In this document: positions 1 to 10,656 of the stretch, one piece after another
Layout of the letters: each line of letters begins with the position of its first letter
Numbering within the stretch: position 1 is the first letter of the stretch
Virus record (IMG/VR): IMGVR_UViG_2758568506_000001
Location: 7,710-71,709 of that record
Source of the DNA: a virus
Taxonomy: Duplodnaviria; Caudoviricetes
DNA length: 64,000 bases
Direction: 5' to 3' (one strand)
The notes under the pieces: generated by a model
Database searches by the model: none
What the model was told of the DNA's origin: nothing
Seen by the model: the letters and a program-made list of their open reading frames with translations, nothing else
Program-made: the position numbers and the translations under genes

Positions 1-3000
1 ACGAATATCCATCTGCATTTTTTAAAAAAGTACCATTACCATCATAAATGTGCCCACGACTCAAGTTTAAGCCGTTAATTAAACTGCCGTCACTGCTAGA
101 AGATAGTTTTGTGTTTAGCACTCCGTCGCGTATCATCCAGATATTTTTACTATTAATCACAACGGCGTCACTGCCATTGGCTACGACCACACCATGTGTC
201 CCTGAAATAATGCTACTAATGCTAGAAGGTAGGGCGTCATTGATAGTTCCAACAGTTAATGTGGTGCCTCCAACAACAGTCTTTAAGGCACCATTAACTA
301 GTAGCGATTCAGCGTTTAAAGATTGAATAGTGCCGGCATTAATATATTGAGCATTGACCCAACCTCTTGAATCGATAGCACTTCGTGTTTCTCCATTTGG
401 CCCAAAAAAGCCTAATCCATGGTTATTAAAAATAAGTGACCCTTCACTATTTACAGCTCTAATTTCAACTGGGTCTTTATAAGTTTGATTCCCATTAGCA
501 TCAATAAATTGCAAAACAGCCGTACCACCTGATTCTATCCACGACTTAGTCTCCTCCATTTGCTCATGGTAGTCTTGCAGGGCTTTATCGAACTTTTGTT
601 GTTCAACCATTAAATTGCCAGTTTTTTCATCAATAAGTCTGATACTTTTACCGATTTCCATTTCAGCTTCTTTTCGGGCATTACCTTCTAGCTTTAAAGC
701 TTTAGCAACTGCATCAGTTAATCCATAAGCTCTTTTTATTTGTCCATTAGTTCGGCTGAATTTTTCATTCGATTTGCTCTCAATTTCTTGTTGCATCAAG
801 TGCTGGTAAGTTTCAGGAGGCTTTCCTAACTGTATCTGGGTATAATGATGACTTAAACAGTCGAATTGAACTCCATAAACTTCAGCAGTTTCTTGTAAGT
901 CGTACGGTTGAAAGCGAACATAAAGATTGTCGTATAAACTCAATTGAGTCCAATCGGCATTAATCCCCGACATTTCTTGATAGTTAACTGTGGTTGATAC
1001 ATCGATATGGCCATAACGATATTGTTTTAAGTAATTTTGACCAAGTTGTGTTAACTGACTGATATCCGCATCAGTGGCAACAAAAGACCCATCAGGCTGT
1101 TGTCCTGACAGGTCTTGGTCATCATGCTTAAAATTGCTACTTAAATCAACTGTGTTTACTTTATCGACATTAGGGTCAATACCAAATCCATCTGCATATA
1201 AAGGACCAATTTTTACTGTGACTTCTTTTTGTGATTGGTCAACACTCGCATCATAGTCATCACTACTATTGCTGTCATCATCTGGAGCGTGTAAGGTTGA
1301 GTCAGTTAAATTATCTTCTGGTATCCACCCTGTCCTACCTTTATATGTTACTTCAATATAAGTTTTACCATCACCGCCTTGGGCTTGATGACCAGTTATC
1401 TTAAAATCACCATTTACTGAACTAGCCCCAGCTGGAATCGACCAGTTAGATGCGTTCCGACTATCAGGGGTATCATAAATTTCTACCTTAGAATCATCTT
1501 TGAGTTTTTGATTTAAAATTTCGTCCCATGATTTAGGCTTGTAACTACCATTTCTGTGATAATCAATTGAGCCCGAACTAATCCAACCATACTTAGTATG
1601 ATGGTAAGTTTTGCCACCTTGAACTATAGTTTGGTCAATGGTTGCTCGTCCTTTATGAACTTTAACTTTTACATTTTTTTCTTTGGGCTCATGATAAGAC
1701 TTGTTAGGTACCTTGTGTCTATTTTTACCTTTACCGACCCAGCGATAGGGACTTTTGACTTTACTTGTAGTCACCACTTTTTCAGTTGTTGGCACCATTT
1801 CGTTCTTTTTAGCGTCCCATTGGTATTTAGTAGAGCCTTCTTTAATTTCGCCATAGCCGTTATTAGTGTATTTTTTATAAGACCCATCTTGAGTTAGAGA
1901 TAAGTGCGGACCAAAAAGCCATTCGTGACTACCAATTCTGTACCACAAATCGCCATTTTGATTACGCTCTGCCATATCATATTTAACAACGGTACCATTT
2001 TTATATGTGGTACCTGTACGATAATGGTCAGCGCCAATTTCTGGCGAATAGTAGCCATGAATCACGCCGCCAACTTGATAAGCAACAACAGCTGTACCAG
2101 TCATTCTTACTCTTGTTCCAGCTCCTGATTCATCATATATGCTATTAGATACAACTGTGCCGTCACCTGTAACATCATTAACTAGATAATCACCACTTTT
2201 ATCAAAGCTTATCCAGTTAGCATTAATCCAACCACCACCTTTTAGTGGATACCAATCATCTCCATTAACTGTGTTAATCTGGTATTTCCCGTCTGGTGTC
2301 ATATCGCCATTGTGGACTAACTTACCTAAAAATATTTTGTCGCCATTTTTAATTGAATTGATTAGCTTTTGTCCTTCGACAGGCGAATCATAAATATTTA
2401 CAAAGCCACCTGCCATGTAAACAGTTGCCCGACTAGAATATTCTGTATCCCAGCTATTCCAATCGGTGTTATCTGCGGTTGCAATTGCCTGCCCAGGTGT
2501 ATAAGTGGCAACAAAGACTGCTCCAGTCCACATATTTTCAATGTTACGGTCTTGTGTGATTGATTGAATATTTTTACCGTAATCAACGATTATGCCGGTG
2601 TCTGCACCAGCTTTTTTAGAATGATGAATATCGAAGTTATCAAATTCCAATTCGCCGCCAAAAATCCCCAGAACTGATTGAACTGCAGTGTCGCCTTCAG
2701 CGTCAGGGCTAATCAATAAAGTTCCTGCTTGCTGACCTTTCTCGATATTGATATTACTGATAGTTGTTACGTCACTATCAAAATTAAACTCTTTCTGTGG
2801 AAGCATGGAATTAATAATTTGATTCATCAAATCTTGTGCTGACGCAGAATTAAATTGTATGGCATCTGGTACTGTTGCATCATTTAAAGTCGCTGAAATA
2901 TGATTTGCGTCAATAACTAACTGGTCAAACTCTTTCTGGATATGAACTATTTTAAAAAGTTGATGAACGAATTTGTAGTTAATATCAGCCAAAATATATG

Positions 3001-3229
3001 TGTTTTCGGCTAACTTTTTAGCATGTACACCATCTTTAGGATAAGTTAACTGTAAAGTCGGAAATTGATTATAATTCCACGTTACTTGACAGCTGACAGC
3101 GTCGCTTAAAGTTAAACCGGGAGTTGTTAAATCACTAGTAACACTAGAATACCAATGCGGATAATCTAGCAGATAATCATATTCAGCGTAGTTTGTCTGT
3201 GGTAATTGACCGATTATAATTTTTGCCAT
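1..3229 (-). CDS. Tail-associated lysin/baseplate hub (Tal, prophage endopeptidase family) with internal SH3b/SLAP-like repeats; runs off the left edge, >1070 aa; missing from the ORF track
   Basis: ATG at 3229 overlaps the Dit stop (TAATG). The same frame was open at every point checked (1, 481, 1021, 1321, 1561, 1861, 2161, 2641). Tal motif QSVLGIFGGELEFDNF; follows Dit. Confidence 0.85.
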   Translation of the reverse strand, partial: MAKIIIGQLPQTNYAEYDYLLDYPHWYSSVTSDLTTPGLTLSDAVSCQVTWNYNQFPTLQLTYPKDGVHAKKLAENTYILADINYKFVHQLFKIVHIQKEFDQLVIDANHISATLNDATVPDAIQFNSASAQDLMNQIINSMLPQKEFNFDSDVTTISNINIEKGQQAGTLLISPDAEGDTAVQSVLGIFGGELEFDNFDIHHSKKAGADTGIIVDYGKNIQSITQDRNIENMWTGAVFVATYTPGQAIATADNTDWNSWDTEYSSRATVYMAGGFVNIYDSPVEGQKLINSIKNGDKIFLGKLVHNGDMTPDGKYQINTVNGDDWYPLKGGGWINANWISFDKSGDYLVNDVTGDGTVVSNSIYDESGAGTRVRMTGTAVVAYQVGGVIHGYYSPEIGADHYRTGTTYKNGTVVKYDMAERNQNGDLWYRIGSHEWLFGPHLSLTQDGSYKKYTNNGYGEIKEGSTKYQWDAKKNEMVPTTEKVVTTSKVKSPYRWVGKGKNRHKVPNKSYHEPKEKNVKVKVHKGRATIDQTIVQGGKTYHHTKYGWISSGSIDYHRNGSYKPKSWDEILNQKLKDDSKVEIYDTPDSRNASNWSIPAGASSVNGDFKITGHQAQGGDGKTYIEVTYKGRTGWIPEDNLTDSTLHAPDDDSNSSDDYDASVDQSQKEVTVKIGPLYADGFGIDPNVDKVNTVDLSSNFKHDDQDLSGQQPDGSFVATDADISQLTQLGQNYLKQYRYGHIDVSTTVNYQEMSGINADWTQLSLYDNLYVRFQPYDLQETAEVYGVQFDCLSHHYTQIQLGKPPETYQHLMQQEIESKSNEKFSRTNGQIKRAYGLTDAVAKALKLEGNARKEAEMEIGKSIRLIDEKTGNLMVEQQKFDKALQDYHEQMEETKSWIESGGTAVLQFIDANGNQTYKDPVEIRAVNSEGSLIFNNHGLGFFGPNGETRSAIDSRGWVNAQYINAGTIQSLNAESLLVNGALKTVVGGTTLTVGTINDALPSSISSIISGTHGVVVANGSDAVVINSKNIWMIRDGVLNTKLSSSSDGSLINGLNLSRGHIYDGNGTFLKNADGYS

Positions 3230-4002
3230 TAAGCTAATCGCCTCCATCGTGGCATATACTCAGCACGGGTAATCACTCCATCTGCTGCTTTGATTGAAAT
3301 TCTATTTTCGCCAACCGGCAGTTCGGGTGGTAATAGATTCGGAAAGTGAGTCTGATTATTATAAAGCGTACCTTTAGCATCATAGGTGTCTCCTGTGTCA
3401 CCATTAAGCCAAAATTCGCCGTTCATATTATCAAACTGATAATTTAAATCGTTAACATTTAAGACAAAAGAGCCATTAGCAACAAAGTGCCAGTTGGGTA
3501 TGGCAACCCTTGTTTCAGAATTAAAAACCACACCATTTTCGGGTAAGTCAATGTAATTAATACCATTAACGCGGTATAAATAGGGTTCACAATAAAAAGT
3601 CAATTGACCAGTAGCTAAGTTTGGACAATTTTCATCTGAAGTAAACTGCGGCATTGTTTGTACAATCGCGTTGTAAGCATACTCTGGATCAATTTCAAAC
3701 TGTAAATACTGATACTGCCTTTTACCATTAACTTCAGGAGCAATTAGCCAATCAACCAACTCTCTTTCCCACTCAAATTGTGTGTAATTTAATGGTCTTT
3801 CAACTATACAATTAAATGTTTCGGTCACATTTTGATATGAACCGTTATCTTGAATAAAATCGCCTGAACGTCCTTTGATATGTGTTAAGTCAATATCTGG
3901 TACAGCATGTACTGGGTCAAAAGGATATTTTATTAAAATCCCTAAATCCGTTGAAGACTTATTATTAAAAATTAAGCCTGAAAAACCGTTAGAAATTGCC
4001 AC
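3229..4002 (-). CDS. Distal tail protein (Dit)
   Basis: 257 aa between TMP and Tal; FNNKSSTDLGI start, GRSGD motif, C-terminal PRWRRL. Confidence 0.85.
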   Translation of the reverse strand: MAISNGFSGLIFNNKSSTDLGILIKYPFDPVHAVPDIDLTHIKGRSGDFIQDNGSYQNVTETFNCIVERPLNYTQFEWERELVDWLIAPEVNGKRQYQYLQFEIDPEYAYNAIVQTMPQFTSDENCPNLATGQLTFYCEPYLYRVNGINYIDLPENGVVFNSETRVAIPNWHFVANGSFVLNVNDLNYQFDNMNGEFWLNGDTGDTYDAKGTLYNNQTHFPNLLPPELPVGENRISIKAADGVITRAEYMPRWRRLA

Positions 4003-7000
4003 TTAACCCCCTCCTTTGCTTAATTTGAGCAGCACGTTGGTCTTCTTTGTAAAACGGCTCGACTGTTTGCCACAAAGTTCTACCTTCGGGCGTAGTTAAT
4101 GTAATATTTGCTGAATTATCTTTAGTAGCAATTCGCTCTAGCAACTGCAAAACAGAGTGTCTAAACTCATGCTCTTCTTCAGCTTCTTTTGTATCAATTA
4201 TAGGCTGATTTTTAAAGCCACTTTGGGCAGATAGGATACCAACTGCTTTACCGATTAGTTCCCACGCCCGTGTGGCTTTAGTTGGAACTAAAGGGACAAT
4301 CATTTCAGGCTTGTTACCCTCAGAAATGTGAGCTAGTTTTTCGGTTATTGATAAACCACCATTAGCATATGCACCACCTGCAACACGTGAAAAAGCAGCG
4401 CTATTACTGCCATATGCGTGCTTCATATAATTAATAGCAGCATAAAGGTTGTCATAACCGTTCCAGATATTGGCATGTGCGTTTTGCTTGTACAGGTCAA
4501 AGGTTGGTGGTACTACTTGTGCTAGTCCTTTAGATGGTATTCCAGCTTTAGCATTAGAGTCCCAAGTGTTAATTGCCTTAGGATTACCGTTTGATTCTCG
4601 GGCGATTACTCTCAGCCATGATTGTACTTGAAATGGTGTAGCATTAAACCCATTAGCCTTTAATGCTTTTATAACTGTTGCTTTCCAGCGGGCTACACCA
4701 TCTCCAGCAGGGTCTGCCATATGTTCGCCAAACTGTTCAGCAATTTTACTAATAGTTTTCCAAAAACCGCTACCTACTTGGACTTTGATTTTTTTCTCTA
4801 AAGCAGAATTAGTTTTAACTTTTGGTGTACTATCTTCTTTTAAACCTTTAACTCTAGCAAAAAGTGGTGAACCTTTGCCAACCACACTGCTTAGAGTATT
4901 CATATGTATTCCTTGGCTAGGAGATTCTGCTGAAAAATATTTATTTCCGCCAGCATAAACGCCAACGTGTTCGCTGCCTCCAGGACCCCAGAAAACTAAA
5001 TCGCCTGAGTGAGCTTGAGCCTTGGATATGTGTTGACTTGCAGCATACTGTGCTCCAGAGAAGTGGTCATAGTTAATCCCAAAAGCCTTTTTCAGAGCAT
5101 ATTTAACTAGTCCAGAACAGTCAAATAGCTCTGGACCTTCTGAACCCCAATGGTAAGCATGACCTTCTCCATACTTTTTGACGGCATCAAGCAAAGCAGA
5201 CGGAGAACCCCCGTCATTAATTTTGTTATCAGCCATTTTCCACAGCCGACTCCACCAATCAACGGATTGCTTGCCCATTTTTTTAAGTGAGCCTTCAACC
5301 AAGGCCTTCATAGCACCCTTAGCTGAATCTGTTAGTTTAAAGATATTATCTAAGGTCTTAATTGGTTGCTTGTTATAAGCTTTAGCTTGGTCATATAACT
5401 TTTTAAGATACCCTGTACCACTCGCAAATGGAACTAGCCCAAGCATTTTTGTTTCAGTAGCGTTTAAAACTTCATCGCCAGGGTGTAAAAGAGCCGGCAC
5501 ATTAATACCGTTAACTATGCCTAGTTGACCAGTACTTGGTCGATAGATAGCTTCGCGATTACCAGTTTCCGGCGAATCGTGCCCGTCATTGAGGACAGCC
5601 ATAGTAGGTTGGGTAATAGCTTTTCTTTGGCTACCAAAGAATCCTGTACCTGTAGCAAGGTGAATTTTACTAATGACGTTGCTATTACCACCAAACGATT
5701 TAATGACATTATTAACGCCAGAAGTTGCGCTATTGATTGTGGCAATCATCTTACTCATGCCATTTTTAGCATAACTAGGAATTGCACTTTCAAAAACTTT
5801 TTTGAAATCTCTCTTTAAATAGTCAAGCCAAGAATTAAAGTGAGCATTATACTTTTTAGCACCACTTTCAAAAGTATTTATTAAATGCTTTAAACCGTCA
5901 GCTTGATTATCTTTAGATTTAGTCATTGACTTATCTACTTTTTTAGGAGCATTATCCCAAAGGTCAGCCCAATCCTTGTTATAAGTCTTTTTAAATTCTT
6001 TAAGTGACTTTTCTAAGCTTTTAAATGCATCTTCTAGTTGAACAACAAAAGTTTGTTTTTTACCTTGTTTAGTAAAGGCTTTGTTAGCTTTGTTAATTTG
6101 GTCAGCAATTTGTTTGCCGAACTTATTTTTCTTTAGTGTATTACTTAAGGATTTTATAGATGACTCAAGCTTTTTTACCTTAGAAGTAACTTTTGCCATT
6201 GCCTTAAATCCAGTAGTTACAGGCTTAATATATTTGCCTATTTTTTGAATATCTTTAGCAACATCATTTAGTGGCTTTTTAAGCGATTTGAGTTCACTGA
6301 TAAAGCTTGAGCTTTTTTTGCCTTTGACTTGTGGTTTAACTAGTGACTTAGTTAACTGACTAATATATTTTGAAATATCTTTAGCATCAGCTTTAAGTGA
6401 TTTACGTAATTTATCTAATCCTTTGGCCATGTTCTCGAAAGGATTATTCTTTTTATTAGTAAATTGCTTAGATATTTTGCCGATTTCTTTAAAATCTTTA
6501 GTTGTATCACTTAATTTTTTGTTTAAATGATAAATTTTAGTATCAAGATTATCGAAAGCCTTAGCTACAGATTGAACTTTTTCATAAATACCGGATTTTT
6601 TACTACCAAAACTCTTGTTTAAATCTTTTAGACCACCTATAATGCCTTTTTTGCTTTTACTTAAAGCTTTTTCCAGTTTAGGCAAATCACTGGTTAGTTC
6701 TTTAAAGGCATCAACTTTAGCCATTGATTTTGCAAAGGTTGCAAGATACTTAAAAGCATCTCCAATTGGCTTAATATCTTTAGATAAACGCCCCCAAGTT
6801 TTTTCATGTTTGGACAACGCACTACTTACACTATTTAGCTCTTTGGACGGATCATTTTTCTTAATGGTGCTTTTAACTGCACCTAAGTTTTTAGCATAAT
6901 TCTTGAGTGCTTTAGACATTGACTTAACATTAGCGATAGATTTTTTAGATACATCCATAGCTGATGCCATAACTTTTTCATCAGTAGCACTTAATTTAGA

Positions 7001-10000
7001 AGATTTTTTCTTTTTCCCAGAATCATCATTCCAAAAATTGGACCAGCCTTTAGCGATTCCTTTTCTAGCATTTTCCATATTTTGGGCGTTTCTAGGAAGG
7101 ATTAAAGTTCCTAATTGTGACCAAAAATTATTAGATTTACCACCAGCTTTTGGATTACTAATTCCAGCCGCAAAACTATTCCAATTTCGATTAAGCCCAC
7201 CTAAAAAATCTTTATTAAACCATTTGCCAAAGCTATTAAATCCTGCTTTTAATTGCTTCCACAGTGCAGGTAATTTACCACCAAACGAAGTACCTAATGA
7301 AGCTCCTAAAGTAGCACCTGCAGCAGTTCCAATTCCTGGAACCACTGAACCTAATGCGGCACCAATACCTCCTCCAAGTACAGCACCGACTGTCTTACCT
7401 TTTGCTTGTTGCCTTTTTTTACCTGGTCCGCTTGTAAGTCCTTTAAAAATATCAACTGCATCAAATGCTAAAGCAGCAACTCCAGCCACTTTACCAAATC
7501 CATTTTTAGCAATTGGTAAAAATCTACTTATTAAACCTTTACCACTACTAGTACCGATTTCTTCAGCTGCTTTTGAGGCTGGACGAAAAATTTTAGCCCA
7601 TTTAGTTTTGCCAAGTAATCTGGCATCGCCAATTTTACCCACTAGTTTGCGAGCCCAGCCAAGACCTGCTCCAGAACCAGATTCTTCAGCGATTTTTGTA
7701 CCATTCTGAAAGAGAGCCCTAAATTTGACTTTGCCTTTTGAGTTAAGAATGTTTTTAGAAACACCAGTTACGTATTTCTCAGCATCTTTGGCACCAACTT
7801 TTTCAATTGCAGCTGTTCCTAATTCAGCACCAATTGAACTACCATTATCTGCTTTATTTAAAGCACTTTTAAGTGCAGCATTCTCTTTTAGAAGTTTGTT
7901 AGTTACTGCAAGCGATTCATTATATAAGTCTTGATTCCTTTTACCTAACAAAGTTCCAGAAAATAAATCCGAAAGAGTACGTTTTACTGAAACAATACCT
8001 TTTAAAAGTTTATAGCCGGCAAAAGCTTCTAGCATTTTTTTACCGATATTTGAAACCACTTCAATGTGATTACCTTTGCCAAGCCAATTAATTAAATCAG
8101 CAACCTTATTAGCAATGGTACCAATCCCATTGGCTATTTTTTCAATGCCTTTCATGGTCGAAGGTCGGTTAAATACTTTAACCATTGCGGTAGAGGCTTT
8201 AGACAAAGCCGGCATCATAGCTGTACCTATATCAATCTGAACTGCTTCCATGGCTTCATGAAATTGCTTTTGTTGATTTTTAGTAGCTTTCATGTTTTTG
8301 TTAGCTAACTTGCCAACATAGTTATTTTTATAAGCGCCAGCAACTTGCTTATTAACTCTTTCAAGCTCTTTAGTATTAGTTGCTAAAATTGCAGCTGCAT
8401 TCTGTCCTGTTGTACCAAAAACGTTATGGAAAAAGTTTGACCGGTCAGCTTTTGGAACATGATCAGCAATCTCTTGAAAAATTTTAGCAATTGGCTTTAG
8501 TTTACCGGACTTAGTTTTAAAGTCATCAACCGATAAACCGTATTTTCGAAGCGCATCAGCTCCATTTTTAGATGGAGTTTGCAAACTAATCAAAATTTTT
8601 CTTAGCCCAGTACCAGCTTGCTGAGCTTCAAGTCCAGAGTTGGATAAGACACCCATAGCACTAGCTGTTTCAGTCAATGACACACCAGCTGTTTTAGCAG
8701 AAGTACCAACATAGTTCATACCTACTCCAAGAGATTTGAAATCTGTTGAAGTAGCATCAGCAGCCATCGCTAACTTGTTAGCAACAATTCTAGTATTACG
8801 TAACATGCCAGTGGTAGATTTTGTCCGCATACCGAAAGCTTCAAGCACTGAAGTGGTAACCTGCATGGTGTCGGCAAAATCGTCACCAGATGCTTTAGAT
8901 GCTTGTAAAATAGCTTTCATAGCACCTAATGACTGCTTACCATCATAACCACGTTTGATTAACTCTTGATAACCCTTAGCAATACTATCTTGACTTTGTG
9001 CATATTGGATAGAGTACTTACGTCCATCTTTTTGCATTTCAGCAACTTCTTTAGTTACATCTCTAGCTTTTTCGCCCGATGTAATCAACAAGTTTGTGTT
9101 TTCGGTCAGCGATTTTTGTAAATTACTAGCTTTTTCAGCACCTTTCCATGCAAACGCACCGGTAGCCGCAATACCAGCTGAAGCTGCAATAGCAGTATTT
9201 TTGAAATTGGATATTGTTGATTTTAAAGAATCGCTAAGCTTATGAGTGTTTTGTCTTAAAGTTGTTATCGCTTTGTCAGCAACCGCAATACCTGTTGGGT
9301 GAAATTTATTAAATTCTGCCCGAACATCTTTTTGCTTGTTTCTAAGTTCAGCAAGTGATAATCCAGTCCTATTAACACGATTTTCTTGTATCCGATAAGC
9401 GTCACTAGTTTTACCGGACTCATTTTCAATACGCTTTAATTCCGCTTCTTGCTTTTTAAACTGTTCCGTTAAATTTGCAATTCCAGACCGATATGAATTA
9501 AGTTTAGCTTGACTAGACCCAAAAAGATTATGTTCTTCTTTTAATCTGGAAATATAAATCCTAGAAGATTCAGATGATTCTTTATAATCTCTTTGAAGCT
9601 TGGCTAACCCAGACTCATAGTAATTTAACGACTGTTTAGCTTTACTTTGTTGAGTAGTCAATGAAGTTAATCTGATTTCAGCCTTTTTTAGCTGACCTTC
9701 AGTTTTAGCAATTTGTTCGCCGTATTTACCATACTCAACTTTGCCCTCTTTAGTTGACCTATCAACATTTTTTTGAGCTTCTACTAACTGCTTTTGCTCT
9801 CTGGATAAACCGCTAATGTACTCTTTTTGCTTTTCAATGGTAGTTTTTAAGCCGTCATACTTTGCTTTAGCAGCTTCGGTAGTTTTACCAACCGAATTCA
9901 TTTCCGCGCGTTGTGCTTTCCACGCTGATATGGTATTAGTTACGGCTTGCTTTAATTCCCTTAAAGTTCTTACAGGTTGACTGCCATTTAAGGTCATATC

Positions 10001-10036
10001 AACCGACATTTCGCCAACAGGAATTTTTCCTGACAT
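3989..10036 (-). CDS. Tape measure protein with NlpC/P60 and lytic transglycosylase domains
   Basis: 2015 aa; TP901-type TMP core, FDCSGLV plus HVGVY (NlpC/P60), IARESNGNPKAIN..GLAQ (SLT). Confidence 0.95.
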   Translation of the reverse strand: MSGKIPVGEMSVDMTLNGSQPVRTLRELKQAVTNTISAWKAQRAEMNSVGKTTEAAKAKYDGLKTTIEKQKEYISGLSREQKQLVEAQKNVDRSTKEGKVEYGKYGEQIAKTEGQLKKAEIRLTSLTTQQSKAKQSLNYYESGLAKLQRDYKESSESSRIYISRLKEEHNLFGSSQAKLNSYRSGIANLTEQFKKQEAELKRIENESGKTSDAYRIQENRVNRTGLSLAELRNKQKDVRAEFNKFHPTGIAVADKAITTLRQNTHKLSDSLKSTISNFKNTAIAASAGIAATGAFAWKGAEKASNLQKSLTENTNLLITSGEKARDVTKEVAEMQKDGRKYSIQYAQSQDSIAKGYQELIKRGYDGKQSLGAMKAILQASKASGDDFADTMQVTTSVLEAFGMRTKSTTGMLRNTRIVANKLAMAADATSTDFKSLGVGMNYVGTSAKTAGVSLTETASAMGVLSNSGLEAQQAGTGLRKILISLQTPSKNGADALRKYGLSVDDFKTKSGKLKPIAKIFQEIADHVPKADRSNFFHNVFGTTGQNAAAILATNTKELERVNKQVAGAYKNNYVGKLANKNMKATKNQQKQFHEAMEAVQIDIGTAMMPALSKASTAMVKVFNRPSTMKGIEKIANGIGTIANKVADLINWLGKGNHIEVVSNIGKKMLEAFAGYKLLKGIVSVKRTLSDLFSGTLLGKRNQDLYNESLAVTNKLLKENAALKSALNKADNGSSIGAELGTAAIEKVGAKDAEKYVTGVSKNILNSKGKVKFRALFQNGTKIAEESGSGAGLGWARKLVGKIGDARLLGKTKWAKIFRPASKAAEEIGTSSGKGLISRFLPIAKNGFGKVAGVAALAFDAVDIFKGLTSGPGKKRQQAKGKTVGAVLGGGIGAALGSVVPGIGTAAGATLGASLGTSFGGKLPALWKQLKAGFNSFGKWFNKDFLGGLNRNWNSFAAGISNPKAGGKSNNFWSQLGTLILPRNAQNMENARKGIAKGWSNFWNDDSGKKKKSSKLSATDEKVMASAMDVSKKSIANVKSMSKALKNYAKNLGAVKSTIKKNDPSKELNSVSSALSKHEKTWGRLSKDIKPIGDAFKYLATFAKSMAKVDAFKELTSDLPKLEKALSKSKKGIIGGLKDLNKSFGSKKSGIYEKVQSVAKAFDNLDTKIYHLNKKLSDTTKDFKEIGKISKQFTNKKNNPFENMAKGLDKLRKSLKADAKDISKYISQLTKSLVKPQVKGKKSSSFISELKSLKKPLNDVAKDIQKIGKYIKPVTTGFKAMAKVTSKVKKLESSIKSLSNTLKKNKFGKQIADQINKANKAFTKQGKKQTFVVQLEDAFKSLEKSLKEFKKTYNKDWADLWDNAPKKVDKSMTKSKDNQADGLKHLINTFESGAKKYNAHFNSWLDYLKRDFKKVFESAIPSYAKNGMSKMIATINSATSGVNNVIKSFGGNSNVISKIHLATGTGFFGSQRKAITQPTMAVLNDGHDSPETGNREAIYRPSTGQLGIVNGINVPALLHPGDEVLNATETKMLGLVPFASGTGYLKKLYDQAKAYNKQPIKTLDNIFKLTDSAKGAMKALVEGSLKKMGKQSVDWWSRLWKMADNKINDGGSPSALLDAVKKYGEGHAYHWGSEGPELFDCSGLVKYALKKAFGINYDHFSGAQYAASQHISKAQAHSGDLVFWGPGGSEHVGVYAGGNKYFSAESPSQGIHMNTLSSVVGKGSPLFARVKGLKEDSTPKVKTNSALEKKIKVQVGSGFWKTISKIAEQFGEHMADPAGDGVARWKATVIKALKANGFNATPFQVQSWLRVIARESNGNPKAINTWDSNAKAGIPSKGLAQVVPPTFDLYKQNAHANIWNGYDNLYAAINYMKHAYGSNSAAFSRVAGGAYANGGLSITEKLAHISEGNKPEMIVPLVPTKATRAWELIGKAVGILSAQSGFKNQPIIDTKEAEEEHEFRHSVLQLLERIATKDNSANITLTTPEGRTLWQTVEPFYKEDQRAAQIKQRRGLSGNF

Positions 10037-10051
10037 TCAATTACCTCCTTT

Positions 10052-10240
10052 CTATTTATCCATATTATCTGCAACGTCCCATAAAGTTTTGGGACGCTTA
10101 TCTCGTGGACGTGCGTTCATGATTTCAATAAGCCGCGGGTAATCAGTATTTTCGAAAGTCTCTGGGGTCATATGCGCCCATATAATCATCTGTTGCTCGG
10201 TATAATCAAAATCTTCAATCATTTGCTCATATGCCCGCAC
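10052..10240 (-). CDS. Tail assembly chaperone C-terminal extension (gpT-like)
   Basis: Between TAC and TMP; no clear SD; frame open upstream into the TAC 3' end. Confidence 0.6.
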   Translation of the reverse strand: MRAYEQMIEDFDYTEQQMIIWAHMTPETFENTDYPRLIEIMNARPRDKRPKTLWDVADNMDK

Positions 10241-10253
10241 TGGGTCATCATCA

Positions 10254-10607
10254 CTAAGATTCTGTGTTTTCGCTTTTGTCGGCGTCCCAACCTAGCACTT
10301 TAGCCATGATTTTTTCAGCAAACTCTCTAACATCATTAAAATCCGCTTCTTCATCAATTTTTTTGAACTGTTCGTCTGATAAATTTAAGATATCTCTTAA
10401 AAATTCACCGTATGTAGTAATAGCTTTGTTAGTCGCATCGAGTAATTCCAAAATGGAATCAGCGTTATCATCTTTTAGATTAGAAACTGCCATATTTACC
10501 TTAGCAAACTCTTTTTGTGCAACTAAGCAACGACGCATATTTTTACCTGTAGTTGGGATTTCAAAAGTTTTTAAATGTAATTTTTTACCGCTAATTTTTA
10601 CTGACAT
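10254..10607 (-). CDS. Tail assembly chaperone (gpG-like)
   Basis: 117 aa directly after the major tail protein. Confidence 0.75.
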   Translation of the reverse strand: MSVKISGKKLHLKTFEIPTTGKNMRRCLVAQKEFAKVNMAVSNLKDDNADSILELLDATNKAITTYGEFLRDILNLSDEQFKKIDEEADFNDVREFAEKIMAKVLGWDADKSENTES

Positions 10608-10656
10608 AAATTAATTCCTTTCGTGCCTACCTCTCCCGCCCTGCTTATTCAATTAA

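Noticed and set aside
48-2586. Short ORFs listed over the first 2.6 kb
   Set aside because: They overlap the long minus-strand Tal frame, which the track missed because it runs off the edge
5107-8948. Many plus-strand and off-frame ORFs in the track (e.g. 6903-7709, 268 aa)
   Set aside because: Antisense shadows of the tape measure gene, with no SD or family motifs. The same applies to most plus-strand ORFs over the head, replication and terminase genes
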